A stretch of 62,897 nt of DNA, counting the filler. It is 3 parts of 3 records of this genome, joined end to end, with 100 filler letters (N's around TTAATTAATTAA, not from the genome) between each part and the next. Parts side by side here need not be neighbours in the genome. Positions count along the whole stretch, not along the records: positions 38,162 to 62,897 come from SRR20825019_1861; 2 more parts are not named here. One strand, written 5' to 3'. Made by a program: the position numbers and the translations under genes. Of the stretch, positions 44,421 through 54,078 are shown piece after piece; within the stretch, counting starts at the first letter, position 1, and each line of letters begins with the position of its first letter. The notes beneath the pieces are model-generated. The model searched no databases. It was not told where the DNA came from and saw nothing but the letters and a program-made list of their open reading frames with translations.

Positions 44421-47400
44421 ATGGGGACACCAATACACCTCAAGGGGTTTGCGGTGTTGCTACTTCTAGCTTCCTTTGAAGCTCTAGTTTGTGCGAATAA
44501 TCTTGAGAGCAAGCAGACCTATTTGCGTGCACTTGCTGATGCCGCGGAGAGAGTTCCCCTTATTGAAAATGCCGTTGCAGATAACATTGAAAGTTTTTTG
44601 GGTCCTGCCGCTAAAGAGATAGGGTTTAAGAAGATCCCTTCACTGGTTGAAGGGCGCAATACTATGGGCGCAAAGACGTTCATGGAAGCTGAAAAATTCT
44701 TGGGAAAGGATATGCCCCTCACTTTGCGTTTGTTCAAAGCCGCGCTTAGAGATCATGTGTTTGATGATGAAGCAAGTTCTGAGGGTGCAGAAGAAGATGC
44801 GAAGCCTTTGTTTTTGATCGAGGAAGAGGAGTCGTCTGAGACGTCACTTGTAGACCCGTTCACCCTTTCTATAATTGGTCTTGTGGCTGGTCTTGTCTTC
44901 TCGGCCATGTTGATATACATATCTGTGCAAGAACACAAGAAGTTGAAGTACTACCGAAGCACTACTATTCAGGCACATGTGTTAGCAAAAAATGCCCATT
45001 TGGGCAATATCGAAATAGATGAAGGGCTTAGCAGCTTTATTGGCAAAGAGGGGGGTCTGTGCGATGTTGATAATGACATGGATGCGGAGGCTTGCGAGCC
45101 GTTGGAGGAGGTTTCTAAGCGCTGCGAGCTCCCTGCTTTCAAGGTTGCTTTGGATGTGTATTCAGAGCTCCGTAGTCTGCGGGATAAACTCGAAGAGTCG
45201 GTACGCTTCGCCGTTCCTCTTCCTGCTATGCTTAAGATTACGCATGCGATGAAGATTATTCCGATGGGTACAAAAACGTTTGCAACTCAGAATATTGGTT
45301 CTAAGGTCGAGTTTTCCTCTCACGATGATATTAATGAGAAGAAAGATGAAAACGGTGAAGAGCTTTGCCATGTTAGGTTCGCAGCTCCTGTGAATTTCAA
45401 ACGATTCTGCAACAAGCTTGGGCAGGCGACAAAGAAAGGCAGTTTTACAATGACCGAAAGGTCGAAGTCGCCGAAGCCTGGGTTTGGAAGTACAGCTCGG
45501 GAAATATCGGGATTCAAAATCCCCAAATCCAATACAGCAGGCGGAAAGAAGGCCCAGCAGCTTCAGGAATATCTTGTTCGTGCCATGAATAGCGCAAGCA
45601 ACTTCTGTAGCGCAATTGCTGGTCTTGAGCAGAAGGAAAATGAAAGGACGAAGAAGAATGAAGTTGATATTCCATGTACTATACTGACGGACTTCATGAA
45701 TGATATCACAGATACTCGAGCTAATTACCAGGGTGTGATGCCTTGGCTTGATGTGTGTTTGGCCAATACTCACGGAAACCTTGACCGTAAAGTGAACTTG
45801 AAAAAGGCAACTGCCACAGCGCAGGTCGGACATGTTGATGACAAGGTCGGGTCAACTGAGGCTTCAGCACCCGCTGGCGCTAAAGCTGGGCTTAAAGCTA
45901 AGGGGGATTCTGATGATGAATTGGAGGAATATGACCATCCTGTAACCACAGAATTCTTGCAGTCCATGCAACTGTCAGCTGTGAAAAATGGCGATACGAT
46001 TGAAGTCGTCGATATGCTTGGTCCTGATATTGAAATACCTCCTCATGATGTTGAAGTTGTCACGGTGCCTGATGTCATTGACATTCCTACAGACGGTGTT
46101 GATATTGTGGATGTCAATGTTCCAGAGATGCCGGATGTTGTTGATCCTGCTCCTGTTGATCTAGTCGACCCAGTGGATGTGGATGTTGTGGATGTTGATG
46201 TTGTGGATGTGGATGTTGAAGCTCCTGATCTGGGTGATGGATTTGATGATGGTGGAATTATTGACATAGACATTGGTGATGGCGGAGGTGATATTGATGC
46301 CGGACCTATTGCAGATGGGGGCAATGGTGGCGAGATTGATCCCGAAGGTATTATTGATGTGGATGTTGGTGATGGCGGGGATGCTGCACAAGACCCCGAG
46401 ATTATCGATGTTATGGCCGACCCGAATTTTGAACTCATGCAAGCAGACTTCTTCGGTCTTCCTGTGTTCACTTATCGCGCTGCCTTGAATCCTTTCTTCA
46501 TGTTCTGGCTGAAGTTCTTGTTCCTTGGCATCAAAATCTGGATGTATAAGAGAAACACTCGGCACGTTGCATGCTGGGAGACCAGAGGCGAGAAGAGTGT
46601 GGAGTTGCTGAAGAAGATCAGTGAGGAAGGTGAAGAAAAGTGGGGGCCAGTGATTCAGCAGTTGGATAATTTCTCGAAAAATTTGGAAAAAGTTTACGTT
46701 GCAAACGAGCAAATGTTTTATGTGCAGAAGCCCAATCAGAATTACATGATGGTTTCATCAGTGATGGCCGAGCAAGTTGGCACTGATGACCCCAACGACA
46801 CAACATACTTCCGCACTTCTCAGTCGACAACCATTCCAATCGCATACACAGGAGGAAATCTGTGCAGTGTTCGCATGCCTGCTTACCGAAAGTTCCATAA
46901 TCCTGACAACCCAGTATGTCGTATGAAAAACGTCCTTCCTGCGGCTAACCAAGCAGCAAAGATGGGAAAAATTGGTGGTGAGTTGAAGACCGCATTGGGC
47001 GATGTGATGAAAGTCGAGTGCTCTACGCCGCAGTTGGCATGGATGGCATGTGAATCCGCGAGAATTGTTCAAAAGACACTCACCAAGGCCAGCAAAGCTG
47101 GGAAATGTGGAACCTTTGCTTCGCAGCAGATCAAGGGTATCCGCAAAGCGATCTGTGCCATGAAAGACATCACATATATGGAGGCGTGTGACAACATGAC
47201 CTTTGGGGAGAAAACAAGATCCACCTTCGGGGGAACTTCTTGTCCCAGGCTGAAGGAAAACGTCGATTTCATCAATATCCCCTGTTCCCTCATCGCCAGT
47301 CTGAATCAGAATATTCGGTCTCTACGTCACTGGATTGATCACGTTCGTGACATCATCACGAAGGACAGAAGAGAGGACAACGCATCGGAGCTATTCGCTC

Positions 47401-47474
47401 GTTTGATGGTTGAAGATACACCTGATGATGCAGAAGTAGCTGAATTCTTCGGTAAGATGCGACTTGAATTGTGA
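44421..47474 (+). CDS. Intronless secreted or membrane precursor (~1017 aa) with an internal duplication and a D/V-rich spacer
   Basis: Signal peptide MGTPIHLKGFAVLLLLASFEALVCA; hydrophobic segments at ~44853-44927 and ~46485-46547; long clean ORF; no family recognised. Confidence 0.85.
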   Translation: MGTPIHLKGFAVLLLLASFEALVCANNLESKQTYLRALADAAERVPLIENAVADNIESFLGPAAKEIGFKKIPSLVEGRNTMGAKTFMEAEKFLGKDMPLTLRLFKAALRDHVFDDEASSEGAEEDAKPLFLIEEEESSETSLVDPFTLSIIGLVAGLVFSAMLIYISVQEHKKLKYYRSTTIQAHVLAKNAHLGNIEIDEGLSSFIGKEGGLCDVDNDMDAEACEPLEEVSKRCELPAFKVALDVYSELRSLRDKLEESVRFAVPLPAMLKITHAMKIIPMGTKTFATQNIGSKVEFSSHDDINEKKDENGEELCHVRFAAPVNFKRFCNKLGQATKKGSFTMTERSKSPKPGFGSTAREISGFKIPKSNTAGGKKAQQLQEYLVRAMNSASNFCSAIAGLEQKENERTKKNEVDIPCTILTDFMNDITDTRANYQGVMPWLDVCLANTHGNLDRKVNLKKATATAQVGHVDDKVGSTEASAPAGAKAGLKAKGDSDDELEEYDHPVTTEFLQSMQLSAVKNGDTIEVVDMLGPDIEIPPHDVEVVTVPDVIDIPTDGVDIVDVNVPEMPDVVDPAPVDLVDPVDVDVVDVDVVDVDVEAPDLGDGFDDGGIIDIDIGDGGGDIDAGPIADGGNGGEIDPEGIIDVDVGDGGDAAQDPEIIDVMADPNFELMQADFFGLPVFTYRAALNPFFMFWLKFLFLGIKIWMYKRNTRHVACWETRGEKSVELLKKISEEGEEKWGPVIQQLDNFSKNLEKVYVANEQMFYVQKPNQNYMMVSSVMAEQVGTDDPNDTTYFRTSQSTTIPIAYTGGNLCSVRMPAYRKFHNPDNPVCRMKNVLPAANQAAKMGKIGGELKTALGDVMKVECSTPQLAWMACESARIVQKTLTKASKAGKCGTFASQQIKGIRKAICAMKDITYMEACDNMTFGEKTRSTFGGTSCPRLKENVDFINIPCSLIASLNQNIRSLRHWIDHVRDIITKDRREDNASELFARLMVEDTPDDAEVAEFFGKMRLEL
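46040..46430 (+). repeat. Low-complexity Asp/Val/Ile/Pro/Gly coding tract with (GATGTK)n repeats
   Basis: Encodes VDVDVVDVDVVDVDV, GIIDIDIGDGG and GIIDVDVGDGG. Confidence 0.85.
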
Positions 47475-47513
47475 AAAGGCGCATTTGATTCGATGAATTA
47501 AATGGACTTGTAA

Positions 47514-49865
47514 CTAATGATGTATGGTACTTGCAATGCGGTGGAAGTATGCTGCTGGTCGGAAGATGGAAGTATCATCACCAACATGATCGATGCACTT
47601 CCTAATTTCAGATGGACTACAGTCGAGGCTCTTCCATTGTTCACAGAAAGCCTTGCAGTTGTGCCCAATGCAATTCCTGTCTTTGTGTCTCAGCATCAAA
47701 CCCAACCAATACGAGTATAGCCTACCGCTGCGAGGAGCAGAATGGCCCTAAGTTGTGGTCTTTCAAAATTCTGCTGTGATATTGTCGATTGCTCTCTTTC
47801 TTTTCTTCAATACTTGCGAACCTAATCGTAAGTGGTCAGTATGCCGTCATTGTTCATAATTATTTAAAACCATACCGCTGCAAGTCATAACGCACTCGAA
47901 TCCATAAAGGTGGGCGGTGCGGGAAAGGGTTTCTTGATAGAAAGAACATAACCGAATTAGAACCATTAAGTAACCCCTGTGATGTGGTTCAGGTACAGTT
48001 CCCATCGACTACCACGCTATCCAACCATACTTGCAAAATATTATGGAAGAAGGAGTATCCTTCGTTGTAAATGTGAGTTGTATGCGGATTCATGGTGTAA
48101 AAATTGAATGAAGAGGACTCGTAAAAGAGTTGATGGTCTACGCGGGGATGAAACGGGGCAAAGTGTCCCAACCCGGTACCATCGTGCTTAAAATACCTGA
48201 ACCTGTAGTCACGCCATACCTGACCATCATTACTGCCCTCGATGCGGAGTACCAGTCGGCCATTGTGTTCAAACCCTTCCCGAAATATACCGTAGGCCTG
48301 AGTGATGTGGAATGGCGCCATCACTCGCAGAAGTGGAGCAAAAGGAGAGAAAATAGATGCTTCTGCCCTTCCATCAAAAAGCCATGTGTCGGGACTGAGC
48401 TCCTCAACACCACCAGGTTCAAACATGCGAGCTTGATGTACCCCTCCAGTGAAAATTAGAAGCAACATCGTGAGAACAATCGGCCATTTCCTACAAAGGC
48501 AGTTACTATTGCTACTCAAGATGCAAAATCAGTCACATACTTCACCGATATTGCACTTTTGACCGCCTCTTTTGCAATATGGGCTCCAATTGTGGGGATC
48601 CCATCAAAGAGCGGAATAGACAGAACCATTGTCAAGATCTATTCAGCGAGCTGTGCGTTAGGCTCACTACTATGGTTCAATTCACAACATACCTGGAATA
48701 TCCCATAGTTGCCAAAAATCCATATCCCAATGCTTCCCATGATAAAAATGACTCCTGCCACTTTCGCCAATAACGGATGCAAAAATATCAACAATGGGGC
48801 AACTACTTCGGAAAAAATGAGGACAACTGTGAAGGTATAATGGAGTTCATCTGGAAGGTGGTAGCCATACCAACTCAATGATGACGGCATAGGCTGCTCC
48901 GACAAGAAGAACTTCTTCATGTAGGTGAAGCTATTCCAGTGCACATCATCATTATCCCAAACTTTGACCACACCCATACCGAACATCAGTCTGAATATGA
49001 GTAGTTTTAGGGCGGTTCGGACGAATGCGTCGGGCTCCTTGCAGCAGCGAAGTTGCTTGGGCATACCGCTGGAAACTATCCATGCAATGATCCCCTGGGG
49101 CTGTTCCTCCCGTACTGGAACTAATGGCGGAAGGAAGATCGCTAGAAACGCAGCCTCCATGAGGCAAAAATCCCAGGGATAGTATATGAAGTCCCCACCA
49201 ACAGTTATCATGCTTAGGTGAGCTATTGCGAGGCAGCATAGCGTCCACCGAGACTTGAATCCCCAAACTGCAAGAGATATCCCCAGCAGCATGCCGGTGT
49301 CGGTGAGAATGCGGATGGCCAGGTCATTTGTAGATATCCAGCAAAGCGTTGGATACCGAGTATACATCTCCCAAAGACTCCAGTTGCGCGACAATGCAAA
49401 GGCTTGTGTACGTTCCAGGAATGACTTCGCCGGCAATATCCCTTTAGCTCCAAGCATAGGGAGGACTTGGTAAGACAGACTGGCAAAGTGCACTGCAAAC
49501 ACTAACCCAAGCAGTCGTACAAACACCGCATAAACGAAACATAAACGGTCTGCTCCACTTGGTGCTTCCTTCCGCGGCACACTCTCTCGTCTCTTGGGTA
49601 CGGCATGAAAGTTCACACTTCGTCGCCGGGACTCATCCGGGCTCAAGTTAGACTCGTTGGCCTCCGTGGTTATTTCGCTGCTCTTACTAGAATGAGGCGA
49701 CGGCGACACATGGCTACCCAGCGAGTTGCCAGAGCGCACTGAACCCAAAGGACTTTCCCGGCGAGATGACATTGTGGAGGAGACCATGGCTACGTCGTCA
49801 TCTTCGCTGAAAAACGAGTGAACGCTCTGTCGTGCCCGATGCGATACGGGGTTACGACGTTTCAT
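47514..49865 (-). CDS. Lipase maturation factor (LMF1/LMF2) family protein, spliced
   Basis: FVRLLGLVF..FASL..Q...LGAKGILPA, YPWDFCLMEAAFL, FRLMFGMGVVK, QPMP, GNYG, IEGSNDG..W..Y.F, PFHPRVD, NPFP..PP. Confidence 0.88.
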
Positions 49866-51228
49866 TTCCCATTAATGGGAAAGCTGGCTTCTTTGCCACA
49901 TATATAAAGGGTTTCGACGAGTGCCGCGGGCGGTCTCCAAGTTAGTTTTTAAGATGCCGGGTAGTATCCCGGCACAAAAGTAGTATGGCCCGGGTGTGAT
50001 AAGGAACGGCTTCAGCAAAAGTGACTTCGGCCGTGCTGAACGCCCTGAGCGGCAGTACCCGCCGGTGGCCGCTCGACCGCCGGCCCCTCCCCGGCCGGCC
50101 GGGGGGCTGCCCGGCCGACCGCGGCCGGCGCCCCGCCGGCGGCCGGCGCCGGGCCCGCGCGGACCCCCGGCGGCCGGCCCCGGCGGGCCGGCGCGTGTCG
50201 GGTACCCGAGGCCGGGCGGGGCGGGCGCGCTCCTCTCGGTGCCATGCCGGCACGGACGCGGAGCCGCGAGTGGTGGCGGGCGCAGCTGGGCGCCTCACTC
50301 GACGGGGGCCTTCCGGACCTCACCGAGCAGTTCAGGTTCGGTTGGTGCGGGGCGAGCGTGCCGCGCTGAGGTGCCGGGGCCGTTCGGTTGGTGGCCCATG
50401 GATAGTGCGCCCGCCCCTAACTCAGTCCCTCCCGGCCCAGGCGGGCCCGTCCGCCCGCCGCTCCGAAACCCACTCACTGATGAGCGTCCGTCCCGTGCGG
50501 CGTGGTGGCCGCACAGCTGAGGCGGACGGCGGCCGCCTCCCCAGCTCGGAGGTGGCGCGGCAGTGTCAGGACGATGCTGGCGTGGCGGCCCGGCGCCGGC
50601 CCTACCGGCGGTCAGAGATACTCGGTCACGCGGCGGCCCGGCCCGGACCCCGGACCCGACGACCGGACCGCTCGTTCAGTGATGAGTTCGAGTAACACAA
50701 CTCAAAACGGCTGGCCAAGCGCTTGGCGTCCGGGCAGGCAACTTATTCGTGCATACCGGACCCGCGGTCGTTGCCGTCGACTTAAAGTAGTCGTAGTGTT
50801 ACCCCCGCACCCAAATATACACCGAGCCGCTGTACGCCTGTGCCGGCACCATCACGGGGCTGATGGGCCGCGGCGGGAACAGAGGATGACTCCGGAACAC
50901 CTACTCCCGAGTAGGACTGGGCGAGTCGTCACGGATATTGTTAACAGTATGCAGGATGGGTCCCAGACGACTCCAGTGTTGCAGTTCAGGGACTACGGCC
51001 CAAGCTTACCTTGATGAGTCCTGAATGAGCGGCTACGGCTTGGGCCCTTACAAGACTTGCAAACCGAAAAGGACTTCATGCCACCATTTCACACTCTGTG
51101 TGGGGGTATATCAAGTCTGAAAAAGGTTTCGCCGTACCTCTGCAAGAGATCATCTTCCCAGACTAGATGAGTTGACTGTTCTGGGACGCCAAGATATGAC
51201 TTTTCATATCAGGCAAAGTTGAATAGGG

Positions 51229-51728
51229 CTATCCTAACTGGTGTGTAGTAAGACAAAGAAAACAGTGGCCTCCAAGGCGTCCTCGTGCCACCAAGGCAAC
51301 AAGATTTCTAATAACATGGTCGACAAAGAAAAGCAGAGACCTGCCCTGGCTATTCACTACCTATTCCAAGTGAAAACTACTTTCAAAAAACACCTGTTCT
51401 GTATTTTACATACTAAATTGTAGCCAAAGCTATATTTGGAGTTAGTACGAGTATCCATCATTCACCACACTTACTCACAGTAATCAACAAGGCCAAGGTC
51501 CCTAGCACTATTATTGATCACGCTGTTTACGGCAGTTTCAACTTCTTCCTTAGCTTCCTTAGCTTGCTCATTCAACTCCTCTGAACCCCCGCTGCTTGAC
51601 TCCGTACCGGGTTTTATCAGCTTCGTATCCTCGGTTTCTGTGCGCACCTTTTCCTCGGTATGCTCACCACTAACAGCGGCAACAACAGCAAGGGCAAGAC
51701 AGAGGCCTGCTAGTATTGCCAGTCTCAT
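51229..51728 (-). CDS. Small secreted protein (signal peptide, acidic segment, amphipathic C-terminus), spliced
   Basis: Signal MRLAILAGLCLALAVVAAVSG; E-rich segment; GTAAGT..CTAAC..TAG intron at ~51431-51475; downstream exons inferred as FGYNL/VVNSQGRSLLFFVDHVIRNLVAL(LG). Confidence 0.55.
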
Positions 51729-52931
51729 AGTTCACTTGTGTGTTTAAGAGGACCGTTGTCACGTATATTTGTTTGTGGTGGGGAAGGTCTGTCCTTGTTT
51801 TTTGTGACTTAGCCTCGCCTTTGGCATGCCTGAGGCCATGATCAAAGGTCACGGCCCGGACAGTGGCCGCCGGCACGGCCTGGGGGCACCGGTCTCGGGC
51901 CAGGCCATGCCATGGGCGAGTCTCTCATGGCCGTGGTTGCTCGGCGGGCGCCGCCCGTTCACGCTCTGACTGGACTGGTACCGTCGAGAGGTGGACGACG
52001 CCTGGGCGCGCCCGACTGCCACAGGAGACGGGCGATGGACCCCGCCGGGCCGCGGCGAGGCGGCGCGGAGCCCATCATGGCCCGGCCGGTCAAAGCCGCC
52101 GGAGCAAGGCGGCTGGCATTGATGGGGCCCGGCCGGCCCCCGGCCGCCGCCGTGCCTGATGCCGGGGGCCCCGGGGCGGTCGAGGACTGCCGGCTGGCCG
52201 GGCCGCCGGGCCGGCTCGGGCGACCGTGACGGCGTGACGATCCTGCGTAGGCCGCCACCGAGGCCCGCGGGGCCGCTGGTCGGGCCGGCCCCGGCCGGGC
52301 GGTCCTCGGCCGGGCGGTCGCCACCAGGGAGAACGCACTACAGCCTGATGACACTAAGACACCGTGGCACAGCAGTGAGGCGATCTGCAAGGCCAGAAGT
52401 GATGAGCCGAGCCACTGGCGGGCCGGCAACGAAGCCAGCAAGAAGAAACTTGAGCCGGCTGTGATGAGCCTCGCAAGCACTTTGGACATAACGAATGATT
52501 AGTCGGAGAGGGGGATTCCGCCTCGTGGCCCCATGGCCGGTACAGCCTGCGGCCGCGCACGGTTGACAGTGACGGCGCCCCCAGCAGCCGCCGGCCCGGG
52601 CGGGGGGGGCCGGCCCGCCGGCGTCAGTCCGCGCCAGGGACGGGTCGAGCTCGGCATATGACCGGACCCGGCCCGCGCCCGGTCTGGCTCAGCTCTCCCC
52701 GGCGGCCCGCCGGCCACCATGGGCCGGCCGCCAGTCGGCGCCGACCGCGGCGGCTCCTGGCCGTCGGCCGGTCGTAGCCGAGTTCCGCTGCTACAGGGCA
52801 ACAAGCTGGTCAGCCGAACTGGAGGTACACACAAGGAACGCTAAAATCACTCTGCTGTCGACCCTCACTGTTGCTGTAAGTATGAGGATTCGGAAAGGTG
52901 TGGCTCTCATTAAACATATTTCAATTACAAT

Positions 52932-54071
52932 ATGGACTTCTCAGGACATGACGGAGCCGGATTTGCTTTCAATTTCGTTCCTGACCAGGTAAATCCCACG
53001 ACGAGGTGGTTTTGAGGCAACTATGAGTGCTGACACGAATCAGGACGGGAACATAGTGCTTGGTGGCACGGAAGTTGATGGACTCACCGAACAAGCTCCC
53101 GATGAGGACCCTGCTAAGTTTTTAACCGCCATTGCAACAGAACTTCCTGCTTGCACTGAGGTCCGATAAGTTTTATGCTGTGTTTCGAAGTTGATCTAAT
53201 GGTTCTTGAAATAGGAAGTCCTGGAGAAAGTACATTTGGGCGAGAACATGAGCTTATATAAGATGGTTGGTGCACCAACTTCAGGAGAGGAACTTGGCAT
53301 TCCACCTTCGTCGGATCTCCTTCCTGGAGTCTACGAAGGCGGATGTAAAGTCTGGGAGTGTGCCATCGATCTTGCGGAATACAACATAGAAAAATACTTA
53401 TTTGCATCTCCACTTCGTGTTCTCGAGGTACCTCTTTTTGGCGTGACTTGGTACAATTCGGTTAACCTAGCTGTAGGCTGGATGTGGGCAAGGTCTACCT
53501 GGCATTTTTGCATCGCTCTCTGGATGCCTAGTAGACTATCAAGACTACGTAAGTTGTTGTGCTTCTTTTTTAGTGCTTCTCTCACAATATACGTTAGAAT
53601 GGAATGGTGTTATCTAAGCTGACCATGCCCCTTCTGGCGGCGAACTGTAAGGCAAGAGGCATGAGTATGCAGGATGTGTTCTCCAAGAGTCGATTTATAT
53701 CCGGGGATTGGAAGTATTTCACGGTATGCTCCTTATGTTTCGGTGATATTCTGTCACTAACCCCGGAACAGGACCTCGTAAATGAAGAGGGGAAAGAGGA
53801 GCTCAAATATGATGTTATTTTGACTTCAGACACCTTATATTCATCATCGTCGCACAAGAAGTTGTATGAACTGATATCTTCTAATCTTAAGAGGTCTGGG
53901 CGCGCCCTTGTTGCTGCGAAAACGTACTACTTTGGTGTTGGTGGCGGGACCAGGGCTTTTGAGGATATTGTGAATCAAAGAGGAGAGATGACAAGTTCCA
54001 TTGTCAAAACATTGATGGATGGCTCATCCAATGTCCGAGAGATTCTAGAGTTGAAGTTCAAGGATGCTTGA
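52932..54071 (+). CDS. METTL18: Histidine protein methyltransferase METTL18/Hpm1, spliced
   Basis: FAFNF N-terminus, SDLLPGVYEGGCKVWECAIDL, VLEAGCGQGLPG (SAM motif I), QDY, ILTSDTLY, AAKTYYFGVGGG, NVREI. Confidence 0.9.
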
Positions 54072-54078
54072 TATTTTA

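Noticed and set aside
51010-51080. TGATGAGTCC...GAAA..GGAC resembling a hammerhead ribozyme core
   Set aside because: It lacks the exact CUGAUGA, and GAAA precedes rather than follows the stem II 3' strand.
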